Below are positions 14,595 through 27,961 of a stretch of 64,000 bases of DNA, in pieces; position 1 is the first letter of the stretch, and every line of letters begins with the position of its first letter. Source of the DNA: Octopus vulgaris (taxonomy: Eukaryota). A program made the translations under genes and the position numbers. Where the stretch lies: NCBI GenBank assembly GCA_951406725.2, contig OX597832.1, positions 11,718,001 to 11,782,000 of the forward strand. Reading direction: 5' to 3'. The notes beneath the pieces are model-generated. The model made no database searches and was not told the origin of the DNA. It worked only from the letters and a program-made list of their open reading frames with translations.

Positions 14595-15734
14595 CACATA
14601 TTTACTAATATGATTTCTGCTCTTCTGAACGTATTTTTCGCTTACCCAAGCAATAATTTCCATCTATATCTCATCACCCCGTCTCTTTCTCACTAACCAC
14701 ATTCTCACCGAAACTGATCTTTAAATTTCTACACTGTCTGAGTTTTTATTTTACTTTCTTTCTCGCATCAACGACTTATAAAATTTCGATCTGACCATTA
14801 TATGTTTCTATCTCACAAATCGTTGGTTTTGAGTATGCGCCCTTCTCCTTCTCCTTTAACCATTATATAATCAAATCGTAGTTTAGCTACCAAGAATTAT
14901 TTCTAACCTTAGCGCAAGGCTGATATTTTGACGGAGGATAACCAGTTAGCAAATTAGCATAGTACTTGACTGGTAGTAGTTTAGTGTATCGATTACAGAG
15001 GGAGAAAATGCAAAGTTTATTGGGACAGTAGTTGCAATCAAACGTTCGTGGACGTTTCTATATGGGACAGTCTATCTTACGTTTTCCTTATTTTGCCAAT
15101 ACACTGTCACAGTCTAGTTAGCAATAATAATGCATAATGGTAAGTATGAAACGGTAATGATTATTATCATATTATAAAATAATTTTCCATAATATTAGGC
15201 ATATCCCCGAGAATGTTTGAAACAAATAATATATTTAAAAATATGTTTAATACAATAAACATATAACATAAAATAATAACATCTGATATTATGGTAAAAC
15301 ATACAGAGCGTGATATTATGTGATATATCATACAATGATTTGCATTCTATTTTGAATAAATACTGAATAAATATAGAACAATGTGATTAAGGGAAACATT
15401 GTATCTGAAACATACGAAATAGGATTCAGATTGGATGATTCATAACATCCTAATATTGCAAGAATCTTTTCCGTTAAGTACACACACTTATCAATAAGAG
15501 AGCAACGGCAATATTTACAACACGGATTTATACTGTTCTGCCGTACTTCACAACGATTATGCATATGGATATCTCGAACTGCATTAAGGATAGAGTATTT
15601 TCAACAACATAAATCATAATTTTATATATGATCCTAGACACCAGTGAATTTGTAACGTCTCTAAATGAGACAATCATGTTTCCTGTCAGAGTGGACTTAA
15701 GGACGAAAGCTGCACATTTAACTACTTATACATT

Positions 15735-15872
15735 GATTTCAAATTTTGGCACAAGGCCAGCAATTTCGAGGGCGGGGGTAAGTAGATTACATTGACCCTA
15801 TTGTTCAACTGGTACTTATTTTATAGACCCCGAAAGAATGAAAGCAAATCCGACTCCGACAGCATTTAAACT
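15735..15872 (-). mobile_element. SINE family C fragment
   Basis: GGCACAAGGCCAGCAATTTCG...ACTGGTACTTATTTTATAGACCCCGAAAGAATGAAAGC. Confidence 0.8.
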
Positions 15873-16300
15873 GCTTATATATTGTATATCTTTACGTGCT
15901 TTCATTTTAAAAGATAATGCGCATTTTCTGTTTCTTTGCTTTAATTTATTCAGTGAATTAGACCTGAAAAATTAGGCTCTACACTCATCACAGCAAATTC
16001 ACGTTTTACTCTCTTAATGGTCCTTATTTGTCTAACTTCCTCAGTTATCAAATCTGCCAGAATTGTGATCGAGTATAAATAATAGATAGTGATGATGTTG
16101 TATTAGAGAGGATTTTTAATTTTATATATGCTTTAGTACATATATTACTGTAAAAAATTGTGTCTCGGTGCTGATGTCACGAATCATATCTTGGGGGTAA
16201 ATTAATGAAAATCACAAAGCAAGCGGTAAACCATAGGACCACTATTTCCTATCGTAAAACAGTTCTCTTTAAATTGTAATGATTCGGAGTATCCTTAGAG

Positions 16301-16398
16301 CAGTCATTTGCCATATTCTATCAGGCATTTGCCATATTCTATCAGGCATTTGCCATATTCTGTCAGGTATTTGCCATATCCTATCAGGTATTTGCCAT
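16301..16398 (+). repeat. 21-bp tandem repeat, ~4.7 copies, at the 5' junction of a CR1-group LINE
   Basis: Units CAGGCATTTGCCATATTCTAT start at 16301, 16322, 16343, 16364 and 16385 (partial). Confidence 0.95.
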
Positions 16399-16863
16399 TT
16401 ATGAACGCCTTATTTCCCTGGGCATGGATACATTGAAACTCCGACGTCTGTCAGCTGACTTGGCAGACACCCATAAAATTATTAACCATCTTACAAACAA
16501 TAAATCTGAGCACCTATTCAAACTCCATCTGTCTAACACCTGTGGACATGTTTACATAGTCAGAAAACAGCACAGCTCCCATGACTTTCAGAAACATTTT
16601 TCCATGCTAAGAGTTGCCGAAGCATGAAACAAACTGCCGGCATCAGTTGTTAGTTGTCGGAGCATTGCATCCTTTAAAACTTCCATGCTTCCTGAGATTC
16701 GCCAACACTACACCTGATTTTCTCCCCTCCATATACACGCAAGCATGTATCTGCCTCATACACTGTTCACTTTCCAGACATTTGTACATTACTGCATATG
16801 CTTTATACGCACTTTTGACAAGTTGTGGTCCACCTGAGCACTGTATACAATAATTTCATTATA
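16385..16863 (+). mobile_element. 5'-truncated CR1-group LINE (ORF2 C-terminus plus 3' UTR)
   Basis: YERLISLGMDTLKLRRLSADLADTHKII...TCGHVYIVRK...KHFSMLRVAEA*NKLPASVVSCRSIASFK fits the CR1 C-terminal pattern RL..L.L.TL..RR...DL...YKI / GH / RV...WN.LP..VV...S...FK. Stop codon at 16715-16717. Confidence 0.88.
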
Positions 16864-17399
16864 TATCTGGTAAGAATACGGAAATATCCTTTTCACGACA
16901 CAGGTTAAACATAGCATCTTAATATACAGTAGACAAAGACCAACTGTTGCCATGCTAGCAAATCTCTACGCTTTAGGCCAGCGCTGGCATTCAAGAGAAA
17001 GACAAAGGCAAGAACAGTGGGAAACAAACGCTACCGCTGCCAAAACTCGCTCAGCTGGCACAGATACTTTAAGACATCCATTGCAACAGTCTAAAAACCC
17101 TGTCACTCCACCGTTATGGACTGGTGTTAATGAATTTGATAAAAGCGTGAAAGTTTAAAATTACCTCACCACCACCACTGAAAAATGTAGAGAATTGCAA
17201 TCCACGTATATGGGCGTCTAGAATGGTCACTATAGTTATTCGAAATAACGGCCTGATTTCCAGATTTTTCAAAAAAGAATAGGAAGAGGCTTTCGACTAT
17301 GCTGAATCTTGGCAGACTGGTCACATATGGAATATCCCTTAACAGAGACAACATTTAGCTAAACAAAGAATAGTCAACATGATATACAGTGGTGATTGT

Positions 17400-17510
17400 T
17401 AAAATCGTTAGAGCGACGGATAGATATTTTTGCGGTAATTATCCTAATTCTGTACGTTGTGGGTTCAAAATCCGAAGTCAATAAATAAGGTACCAGTCTT
17501 GTACTGGAAA
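17400..17510 (+). mobile_element. SINE family C fragment, diverged
   Basis: AATCGTTAGAGCGACGG...GTACGTTGTGGGTTCAAAATCCG...AATAAATAAGGTACCAGT. Confidence 0.55.
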
Positions 17511-19656
17511 CGGTCTTTGTCTCTCATTCAGCTTTTCTTTCTATCTGACTCTCTATTTGCCCCCCTTTTCTTTCACACGAACCCTTTTAATCTTTAAAGT
17601 TCTCATCTGAAATAAGTTGGCTATGGTGAGGGATAGCTTAAATAGTTTTTAAAATGAATAAGATGTACCATATATTAGGACCAAGACGGTGCTCTTACGG
17701 TGTTATCAAGTAGTTGAGGGCCAGAAATACCAGGCAGATATCTCTCAGATTACACCCTAACACCTTAGAAGGAACAGGATGAAGAATGTGTTTTGTCTTT
17801 TAGTGGGGAAAAATACGGGAAAGTCACGACTGTATTTCCCGTATGCATATGTGTCTGCTAAATTTTGTTTAACATGGCACTAAACAACAACAACAGAAAC
17901 ACTGTCGACAACAACAACGGTCTACACCAAGCTACGTTTGAATAAAATCTATGGTTTCATTTTGTTGTAGTTTGGATAACATTGTTTTGTCCACTCATTA
18001 ATAAATAGCACGATTTCGTATCATCACCGTATTAAATGGTATGTTTATATTTTTTGCAGTAAATAAAATATTTCAATGGTTTTTTTTTAAATGCTTAATG
18101 AAAACAACATCGACCATTTCAATTACAATCTTTTAAGCTTAATTATTAATGTAGCTTTGCATCCATTTTTTTTTTCTTTTTTTTCCTATAAAATTTAATT
18201 TTTTCTTTATTTCTTCACATCAAAAATTAAAAGCTAAAATGAAAACAATTTGATATAGTTATTTAATTTGATACAATGCACCAATTTAAAAGAGCCTCCT
18301 TTGAAAGCGAAACATATTGAATGCCACATTATAACGGTTTATACTCATTATAAAGTCTTCTCATCCATAATAACCAAACGCGTTTGAGGTTTCAAGCAAA
18401 ATTCTAAATCCTCTTTCTTTCGGTTATTTTTTTTTCTATCTTGCATAACTCTTGCCTCTCCACCTTTCTGTTTTACAGTTTATATCTATTAGCTATACGA
18501 TTTCTTTTTGGGAATATTATCATTAATTTGTTTTCTAGTTTGTATAAAAATATGAACGCTTTAAAAAATATATCTCATATATTTCACAATAAATTACTAT
18601 TTAGTTAATTTCAAAATAATTACTTTTCTATATTTTGAATTTAATTTTTGTAGATTGGATAGAAATAGCATACAGCAGCTATTATTAATGTGGCAAATTA
18701 TTCTCTTACATTGATTTTAAACTTTAAAAGTATTAACACGTTAATGGGAATTAATATGGTTTCATGAATACACAGATTATTTTGGATGATTTTTTTTTAT
18801 AATTGTTTGTATTATGTTATATCTTTTTTTAAATTTTTCGTGCTCATTTAATTAAAAGTCACACACACACTCTCTCACACACAAAAACTTAATGGTCGTA
18901 TTAAAATCTCATGAAATGCACCAACCATGTAAATTATCTGAAATGATTTATGTACGTGAGGTTTAAAAATCATCCCAAGTTTATGCAACAGATGAAAAAT
19001 AATATGCAAACACTAATTGCATTTCTTGGCTCGTTAACTCCCAATGATGTTCACCATATGAAAGTCACTAAAAAGTAAAACAATTAGAAATGCAGTAAAA
19101 CTGCAATTTGATACACTTGCGTTTCAATCATGGCTGTAAGAAATTTAATTATGGACTGATTATCTATTGGATGAGGTGAAATACGTTGATTATTATTACT
19201 GAGCACGTTCATAATACCAAGATCCTTTCAAAGAAAATTATCCTAATTTACAATCAACCGTACAATAATCAGATGCGTACGTGAAATGGATAGTATACGC
19301 AACATTTCACATCAAAATAACTCACAGATACACGCAATACACACATATACGTACATACATATATATATATTTGTATATGTTTCTGTGTGTGCTTGTGTGT
19401 GTGATATGCGTATATACAAGTATGCATTATGTAGGCGCACAAACATACACATAGTAATAAATATTGCTGTTTTAAGTAAATAGCAACAACTTGAAAAACA
19501 ATTCAATAAAGAAAAATAATAAGATATTTATTGCAACTGATACAGAGTGCATATATATACTCTTTTCGCCTTTCAAATGCTTCTCGTGTCTGCAAAATAC
19601 ATTGCCGATACATGCATAATGCATACATACGTATATATGACTGTGTGTGTGTGCAC

Positions 19657-19900
19657 CTATCTATCTACCTATCTATCTACCTACCTATCTATCTATATAT
19701 CTATCTATTTGTCTGTCTGTCTATGTATGTATGTATTATCTATCTATCTATCTGTCTGTCTGTCTGTCTATGTATCTATGTATTATCTATCTGTATGTCT
19801 GTCTATCTATATATTTATATCTATATATATATATATTTATATCTATCTATCTATCTATCTATCTGTATATATCTATATGTATATATATATATAAATATAT
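19657..19900. repeat. (TCTA/TCTG)n-rich microsatellite
   Basis: Seen directly. Confidence 0.92.
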
Positions 19901-20887
19901 AAATGTATGTATATACATACATATGTATGTGTGCTAGAGGGTGTATACGGGATATATTGTTAAGTGATAGGAGAGGAGGATATTAGTATTGATCAAAAGA
20001 AGATTGTATAGGTATTATATACAGGGTATCCACATAGCAGGAAATTTTGATAGAAATAATATAAATACATGCAGCGATGTTACCGTGGAAGGAAGTCTAA
20101 ACAAACTAGTGAATAATCGTTTGAAACTTTGAAGAAATTAAAGAGTATCTCGATATGACATTGTATATCAAAAAAGAGGGAATTGCCAATTATGGTAATT
20201 GAAAGGAAGAAAATGGTTTCAAAGTATTGTGGAGACATATTAATTGAAGTTTGAAGGTTTAGTATTGAAGATAGCGTTGAATGTCAACAGTAGCAAGCTG
20301 TGGTAAATGGAACGTATTCAAAACTGTTTTTGCCAGAAGTTAAGTAAAATTTATCTATGAAATGGATATTCAGATAATTCTATTGAATTTTCTAGAAGGT
20401 TCATTTTTTTTATGTATTGATATTTAAGGCTTTTAGAAGTACGACATTTGGAATTATTAGTTGCAGTGGATTTATAATTTACATAGACATTCACATTAAA
20501 TAGGTGTATACAAAAAGGTTAATTACAAATTGATTGTTACTTGAAAGAAGAACCACAAATAGAGCAAACATGATATACCGCTATTGCTGCAGATTAAATA
20601 TTTCTGTAACCCAAATATATGACACAAGCTACAAAACTAGGTACAAGTAAAAGTTTTGAATATACACATATTTGTGTATATACGTACATTCACGCATACA
20701 GACGAATATGCATGCACGATCATACACAAATATATACATACACACGTTCAAATGCACACATATACGCCTAGATAATACATGTGTGTATGTATGCATTTAT
20801 GTATATATGTTGCGCATGAGAAAGTAAGGAGGGATGTCAGGAAGGTTATCGCTGTTACACTTCTAGATGGGAAGGGTCTTCCTCTGA

Positions 20888-21231
20888 TGCTGACATGTAA
20901 AACTGGACTCAAGAGTCATCTTCGTAGTCATAAAGCGAGACAGATCAGTAACAACTTGGTCACTGGTGGTGGTGTTACACACCATACTAATCATATCTGT
21001 CAGAAATGTGGAAGAGAGTGTAATTTGGCAGGAGGACTTAAACGACATGCAAAGGTACACGAAGTCCAGTTACAACTACAGCCGGCTACTGCCAGTAAAG
21101 GTTTTAACTGCCAATTCTGTACAGGACATTGTAGATCTTTAGCTGAGCTAAAATGTCACATTCGATCACAGCATCAAAAACAGTTAAGCCTCGTGCAATG
21201 GCCATACTCGTTAACGAGGGGGAAACCATCA
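20888..21231 (+). mobile_element. 3' end of an RTE-like LINE encoding C-terminal C2H2 fingers
   Basis: CKTGLKSHLRSH / CQKCGRECNLAGGLKRHAKVH / CQFCTGHCRSLAELKCHIRSQH fits the C..C.R.C.S..GL.SH.R.H type seen at RTE ORF ends. No TGEKP linkers. Followed by a short hairpin tail (CTCGTTAACGAG) and a TATG microsatellite. Confidence 0.7.
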
Positions 21232-24200
21232 TGTATATATGTATGTATATTACAGGTTGGCATTGCGAACGAATTTTCCTGAATGGTGGTGTCCGCATCG
21301 ATTGCAGAACTCGCTAGAGGCAGATAAGTCAGTACGTCACAGGGAGGCCAGGCCACATAAACTGCAGGGAGAAATTATGTTCTGGGCTAGTTTCAGTAAT
21401 GTGATGGGCTGTCCACCATCTTCTATTGATTTAAGGCGACCATTGCATGCTTTCTTGAACATGCGGCTTTGATATATAGTTGCATATAAATATATAATAA
21501 ATTCACACACACATACACAAACACGCCCACGTACGCACACACAAACACGCATACACACATATTTGTGTATGTAGGTATGTATGTAGGTAGGTAGGTAGGT
21601 ATGGCCGAAAAGTGAAGAAGACCGCTTCACACCTACGAGTTTTGGGTTAGAAGACTGTGACAAATTGTTCAAATGCCTTTTCTATAGACCCAGGTCCAAC
21701 CACAATTTGCTTAGTGAGACTGAGTAGACAGAAGCTGTATAGAAGCCCACCAAATAAATTGAGATTAAAATTCAAAAGATATAACCTTAACAGAAGCTTT
21801 GGCTTGCTGACTCGGATTGTTAATTGCACTAAGTTTACACATGTCTCTGGAATGCAAGCCTCCAGAGACATGTTAATTCAGAGGCGTATAATTCTATTCA
21901 GGGGCCAATTCAATTATGATCATTGAACGAGGGGGATTCTGAAACTAGAATAGGAATGTTCACTTAGTTTGCCACGCAGGGGTTCAGGGGATCATAAAAT
22001 TCAACAGGTTGTTGGGAATCAATGTTATTTCAATGAAAAGAATACTAAAATTTCGTGATCTAAAACCAACTTCAGACATATATGTTGCTGGGGATAGGTA
22101 AGTAGGTAAAGTTAGGATATATAGGTAGACAGACATAGAGATATACATTCATATTTGCATGTATATATGTGTGTGTGTGATTGCTTGTGAGTGTGTGTAT
22201 GTGTGTGAGTGTGCGTATTTATATACGTGCGTGTGCGTCAATATATATATTAATGTGTGCATGTATGTATGCATATATGTATGTATACAAAGCTAGTATG
22301 CATATCTATAAGTGTGTAGTTGTAGCGGGAGTAAGTTACTGAAAGGCTGACAGAAGCTGCAGAAGCTGTGAGTTTTATAAGGTACAAAACATGAGTTATA
22401 AGGAAATTTTTCGAACTACATATGGATTACAAGGATTATGCCTGTGTTGCAATACATGTAAACGACTCCATCTGTTTTCGTTGTATAATGTGGATGAAAA
22501 ATCAATGATATGAAAGGAGAGAAATGAAAGATCGATATATAAATAAATCTATACAGAAACGAATATCGATCAGTATGGCTCCAGGATTTACAAAAGGTAT
22601 GGATTTAATGATATTTTGTTTTACTATGGCTATAATAATTGTTGGGAGAATGATGCATATATATGTGTGTGCATTTGTGTGTTATTGTATGTAACGTGTT
22701 TGTGTGTGTATGTATGTATGTATGTATGTATGTGTGTGTGTGTGAGTATGAATAAATTTGTGATAGAAAGTATGGATTTATCTGTCAAGTCATGTATGCC
22801 ACTACAACTACAAAAATGAAAACAACAACAAAATCCTATAAATTATGATACAAATAACATATAGGAACAACAAATGAGAATAATGTTTAGAAAAATACTG
22901 TAAAAAGAAAGAAAAAATCAAGTATTTTACTAGGATTACCATTCATAAAGGATGTATCAAAGAGACAAAAGGCAAAGGAATCCAATAAACGGATGATCAC
23001 TCCTCCTTCTTTTCTACTTCTTCAGCATAATAATCATTATTATTGTATTATCACTTTTCTTTGTACATCATGTTCCTCGTCATATCAGTGTCAAGACTTG
23101 ATTCTTAAAGTATTTTCAAGAGATCGAGTAGCAGATCGACAAATTCATTTTATATATTGTTTATTGCCTTATTTTCTCTAAGAATATTTTAGCCACGTCT
23201 TCTCCTCTTCTCCATATATTCATAAATGAACACAACCATTCTTGTATTGAAGCAAGGAAGGCGTCCATTCATCCATCCTCAGATATGCTTACACATATTT
23301 TATATACGCACGCATTCCAACGTTCACAGACCAGTCTAAACATGTGAAAATCTACAGATTATTCCAAATGTGTTTTGCCACACACCAATTAGGGAGATTT
23401 CCTTTTGAATGCAGGAAAGATCCGCTGGAAACAGTGAACATTATTTTGAAGACATTTTTGTTATACACTTTCGTTTTACTTATACTAGCAATGCTCCAGA
23501 GAACATATTAAATGCAACAACAGATTAACATTATTTCTTTCATAATGATTAGTATTTTAGTGCTTTATCAAATTTAATTCTTACAGAAATAGTAGAACAA
23601 ATACTGGAAAGTTTCAGTTTTGCCTATGTAACTTTCCATTTCCAACATGACCTATTTTAATGCAACTTTCCTTGTATTTCATCCCTCGTGAATGAAATAG
23701 CACCACCCTACATCCATGGAGTTTGAACTGCCGAGAAAAGAACATTCGGCGAGGAAATAAGCAATGTAACGTTTCGGATATAAAACATTTTTCAGCCTTG
23801 TAAAGTAATGTTCTGGCAAAATATTCGACTTCCTTCTGGAGACTTATTTCTTGCATTTATTCCACTATCTAATATATATTTATGTATATTCATTTCTAGT
23901 TTTTGAAGCAGAGGACAATAGTTTCTTCAGATTCAGATGCCAATATGAAAAATCTATATCAATTCAAATCAAGCAAGTTCATTGAAAAACTGGCTAAAGG
24001 CCGGAGGGAATGTCCTAATTTGTCTCGTTACAAGTTTCATGTTCTGTGTTCAACTTCATTAGTGATGATCAAAACTTACCTTTTATCTTTCCATGAATTA
24101 AGTACGGAATCAATAAAACGACTACATGCATGGCTCATAATTTCTAGCTACGAATTATATGTTGCAAATTCGTATTTATCGCAGCAACCTTGGGGCTATA

Positions 24201-24289
24201 AAGTGAACACGTTCCCCATTTTAACGACGGGGTTCTAGGTTCAATCCACCGCATGGTATCTTGCAATATTTTCTTTCAAATCATCGATA

Positions 24290-24478
24290 GCACGCCTGGC
24301 AAAATGCTTGGAGGTATTCCATCCGTCTTCATATTCTGAGTTCAAATGCAGCTGAGGTTGACTTTAAGTTGTTCTTTCGGGGTCGATAAAATAAGTATTA
24401 GTTGAAAACTGGGGGTCAATGTAGTCGAATTTTTTTCCTATGCTCCGAAATTGCTGGTCCAGTGAAAAATTTAAAATC
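24290..24478 (+). mobile_element. SINE family C copy preceded by a degenerate family-B head (24185-24275)
   Basis: GCACGCCTGGCAAAATGCTT...TTCTGAGTTCAAAT...CTTTCGGGGTCGATAAAATAAGTA...GAAATTGCTGGTCC. Confidence 0.8.
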
Positions 24479-24898
24479 ATTATTTTATTCCATCACTGTC
24501 ATGGAATTTGATTGCTTGACACTCTGTAGCAGCCCAATGTATACATATATGTATGTTGTATATGTATGTAAGTATATGTGTATGTATTTATATACACATA
24601 CACGTACATATATGCAAACACACACACGCGCATGTATGCCAGCAGAATACATTACTAATAGCTAAATGTTTCACTTCTATGGAGGACTGTAAAGGAAGTG
24701 TATGAAAGTGATTGATTGATGGTCTTTTGATGACTATCTCGGATAAACGAAAACTCAAGCAATTACTTTGGCTATATACGTATGTATGTATGTACGTACG
24801 CATGTATGTATTATGTATGTGTGTATCTATGTATATATGTATGTATGTAAAAGCATATATATATGTATATACATGTCAATGTATCTAGACATACAGGG

Positions 24899-24933
<35 letters not shown>

Positions 24934-25751
24934 CAATGAGAGACAGTGATAGTGAGAGGATTGATATAATGACCACTGGATTGTCGAAATTATCGTTAAT
25001 TGGGACATCGACGGTAATGATAAAAATATATTTTCAAGAGTTTATACAATTACTTTGACTGACCACTGGTCACTACTGAGACATTTTATTAATGATATAT
25101 ATATATATATTTCAATACCGCAGACTAAAATGCGATCTTTCTATCACTTTCTAAATATCCCTCACTGTTTCTTTCTACTCTCATGCTTTCGCATAAAAGT
25201 GCAAACGCTCTCACACAAAAACACGCTTATAACCATCTATGCATGCAATCATTCATTCCTTCATTCCTTCATTCTTCCATTCATACATGCATACATACAT
25301 ACATATGAGTTAATGTTTCAGTCCGCTTGATATTCTGCATCTCACGCACACTGTACACGTGGTTAATCGTTCAATCAATGTTGGTGAAGAATTGAACTAA
25401 ATGTCTACAGCGCAGTAGAGAGCCACGTGGTCTTATATTTGAGGAACTGTATGTGTTGTTGCTGGTGGAAGTGAAAGCTGCAAAGAAAATTGTGTTATAG
25501 ATTGGTGACCTTCTGGAATGGTAACCACCACAGCATTATTATAGCTTAATATTTGTATCAGAACCTCGGAGATATATCGAAGTCAACTCGTTATATCCTA
25601 TCCTAGATTTAGTGTTTTGCTAACTGTTGTAAAATCATACCACATTTCAAAATACATTGATTGCGTATTCGGAATTTGTCCAGGAAGGTGTACCTTCATA
25701 TCTGATATACCATGTTTTTTATGTATATTCCGATCCATGGAGTCCGAGTGT

Positions 25752-25919
25752 TCAAATGAACCGGAAGAAAGGGACACAACCTATTTCTGTCCATTGACCT
25801 GAATTAATACAAACGCAGATAACAGCAATTCTTAAAGAGGTTTGCAGTCATTTCAATACGACTGAGAGATGTTATCCATGATCCATATATTTATACTTTG
25901 AAAAATTTAAATTTCCTAC
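25752..25919 (-). pseudogene. Possible decayed C-type-lectin-domain exon
   Basis: Acceptor-like TATTTTCTCAG at 25920. Translations KNCCYL (one frame) and NSGQWTEIGCVPFFRFI* (another frame) resemble the CTLD end C...G.W....C....FIC. Contains stops and a frameshift. Confidence 0.3.
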
Positions 25920-26140
25920 CTGAGAAAATACGTACAGTTTAGCCGTTAAGATTTAGGTGTAATAGTAAGCACTATATGTTTGTATGTTTTCAACTGTGTT
26001 GCGTGCACGGAGAAATATAATTTTCCAGGCAGGAATGGTTGATTTTAAGTTATCGAGTTGAATAACTTGTGTTAATAAGAAAATGCTAGAGTGTTCTTGC
26101 TTATAGTATTTATTATATTTATTATATTTATTATAGGCTC

Positions 26141-26450
26141 TTGTGTCTAGGGAGAGTCATTTTCTTTTTGTACCTTATAATGTAAAACACTCACCGGTAA
26201 AATTTCCACTTATTCCTTTTTTTTTCCAAAAATTTTCGTTGCGTCTTGCAACCTTTTCAAGACTATAGAAAACAGTTACAAGACGCAACGAAAATTTTAG
26301 GAAAATAAAAATGAAATAAGTGGAAATTTCATCGGTGGATGTGTTACATTATAAGGCACAAAAAGAAAATGACTCTCCCCAGACACAACAGAATATGTTT
26401 CAACACACGATCTCATATAAAGAATCTTGGAAATCAAATCCTAAAACGAA
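26141..26450. mobile_element. Penelope-like element terminus as a fold-back (inverted pLTR pair plus tail)
   Basis: 26141-26260 is the reverse complement of ~26267-26388. A tail to 26450 is shared with 62280-62336. Flanked by the 18-bp direct repeat AGTATTTATTATATTTAT (26105-26122, 26450-26467). Contains a hammerhead-like motif. Confidence 0.75.
26230..26260 (-). ncRNA. Putative minimal hammerhead ribozyme, U3-A8 core variant
   Basis: Minus strand reads TTGAAAA-G-GTTGC-AAGAC-GCAAC-GAAA-ATTT: variant core, 5-bp helix II, GAAA, palindromic AATT helix III. Confidence 0.5.
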
Positions 26451-27276
26451 GTATTTATTATATTTATGTTCAAAGTCCAGTATTTCTGGCTGGATGAATC
26501 AGCAAACTGCTTTGCTTTCCATGAAATTAAATCACTTTATTAAAGCATTTTCATTATTCTAGAGGCATAACATTCATAATTTTGAGATTACGTCTTCTGA
26601 TGCCGGCTACATAACAAATCCTAATTCATTTCTTGATGTGGAGATGAGTTTGTGCATAGCAAATTACATTAAATGAGGTTAATGTATTTTTGTCTTCTAG
26701 TATCTAGATTTCGAAGAATACTTAGGATTTCATGTAATAAAGATTATTGAGGAAAGAATGTGAGACGTATTTAAAAAAGTTATCTATTTTAATCAAATAG
26801 GCATAGTGAGATTCAAACTTTTCAGGGATCATGAATTGAAGAAGGGGCACGGTCCCAGCTTAAAACCGTATAATCAATATATCATATGCAGAATAATACA
26901 TGGAAAACAAACAAAAATACATACGTTGAACTAGATATAAATATCCCGTTTGCTTGGATATGAAGTTACGTTTCTCATTGAATTTAGTATACAATTTATA
27001 CGTACACATTTTACATTCGCATTATCACCTTCAAATCTGAATTCCCCTTATTTCGTTGGGCACTTTCTTTAAATGTTACACAATGATGTTTTCTTGATTC
27101 TCACAGGAATTAATTTTTCCTGATCTTCATTTATGTGTAAGCAAACATCGATGATGCTGTACTTGATGGGTTTATGCGAATATGTAAAATATACCAGTTA
27201 CACACACACACACACATATGCACGCACACAGACACACATAAACACGCATATATGTATGTGTGTGTATATATGTTTA

Positions 27277-27626
27277 CGAGCAAAACGCCCCCGTCCAACT
27301 GACGGTGATGAGTCGTCAAACATTTAAACCAAATTTTCTCAAAACAGCTTGTCCGACTGTCCCATAGAAACACTGATTTAACCTAAATTTGAGGCACCAG
27401 CAAAAATCGGATTTCGACTGATGTACTTGCGCGTACAAATACACGTTTCCACGGCTTTATCGATCGCATGTTCACCTGGAATCGATTTTTGTAATTTTTT
27501 GAAGACTTATACACGCCTTGATACCATCGTTATCTACTTATCAAATTTGAGCGCAATCTGATGGAGGATGCCTGAGACCCTAGAAGTCACACACACAGAC
27601 ATACAGAACGGATTTTATATAATAGA
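27277..27626 (-). mobile_element. Non-autonomous Helitron
   Basis: Minus strand begins A|TCTATTATATAAAATCCGTTCTGTATGTCTGTG and ends with hairpin CCGTC-AGTTG-GACGG, then ...TTTTGCTCG|T (CTAG variant). Inserted between A and T with no TSD. Confidence 0.7.
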
Positions 27627-27714
27627 TATGTTTCATGCATACCTATATATATATATATATACCTGCCTACATAACTACATGAAACATACACATATGAATA
27701 TCAATATATATATA

Positions 27715-27751
27715 CATAAATAAATATGAATATATTTACATAAATAAACAA

Positions 27752-27788
<37 letters not shown>

Positions 27789-27817
27789 AACACGAATATA
27801 TTTACATAAATAAACAA

Positions 27818-27852
<35 letters not shown>

Positions 27853-27881
27853 AACACGAATATATTTACATAAATAAACAA

Positions 27882-27926
<45 letters not shown>

Positions 27927-27961
27927 AATAAATATGAATATATTTACATAAATAAACAAGA

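Noticed and set aside
16952-17354. Short ORFs in moderately GC-rich sequence (also 21239-21472, 36219-36452, 46740-47079)
   Set aside because: No recognisable motifs or consistent exon boundaries; left unassigned.
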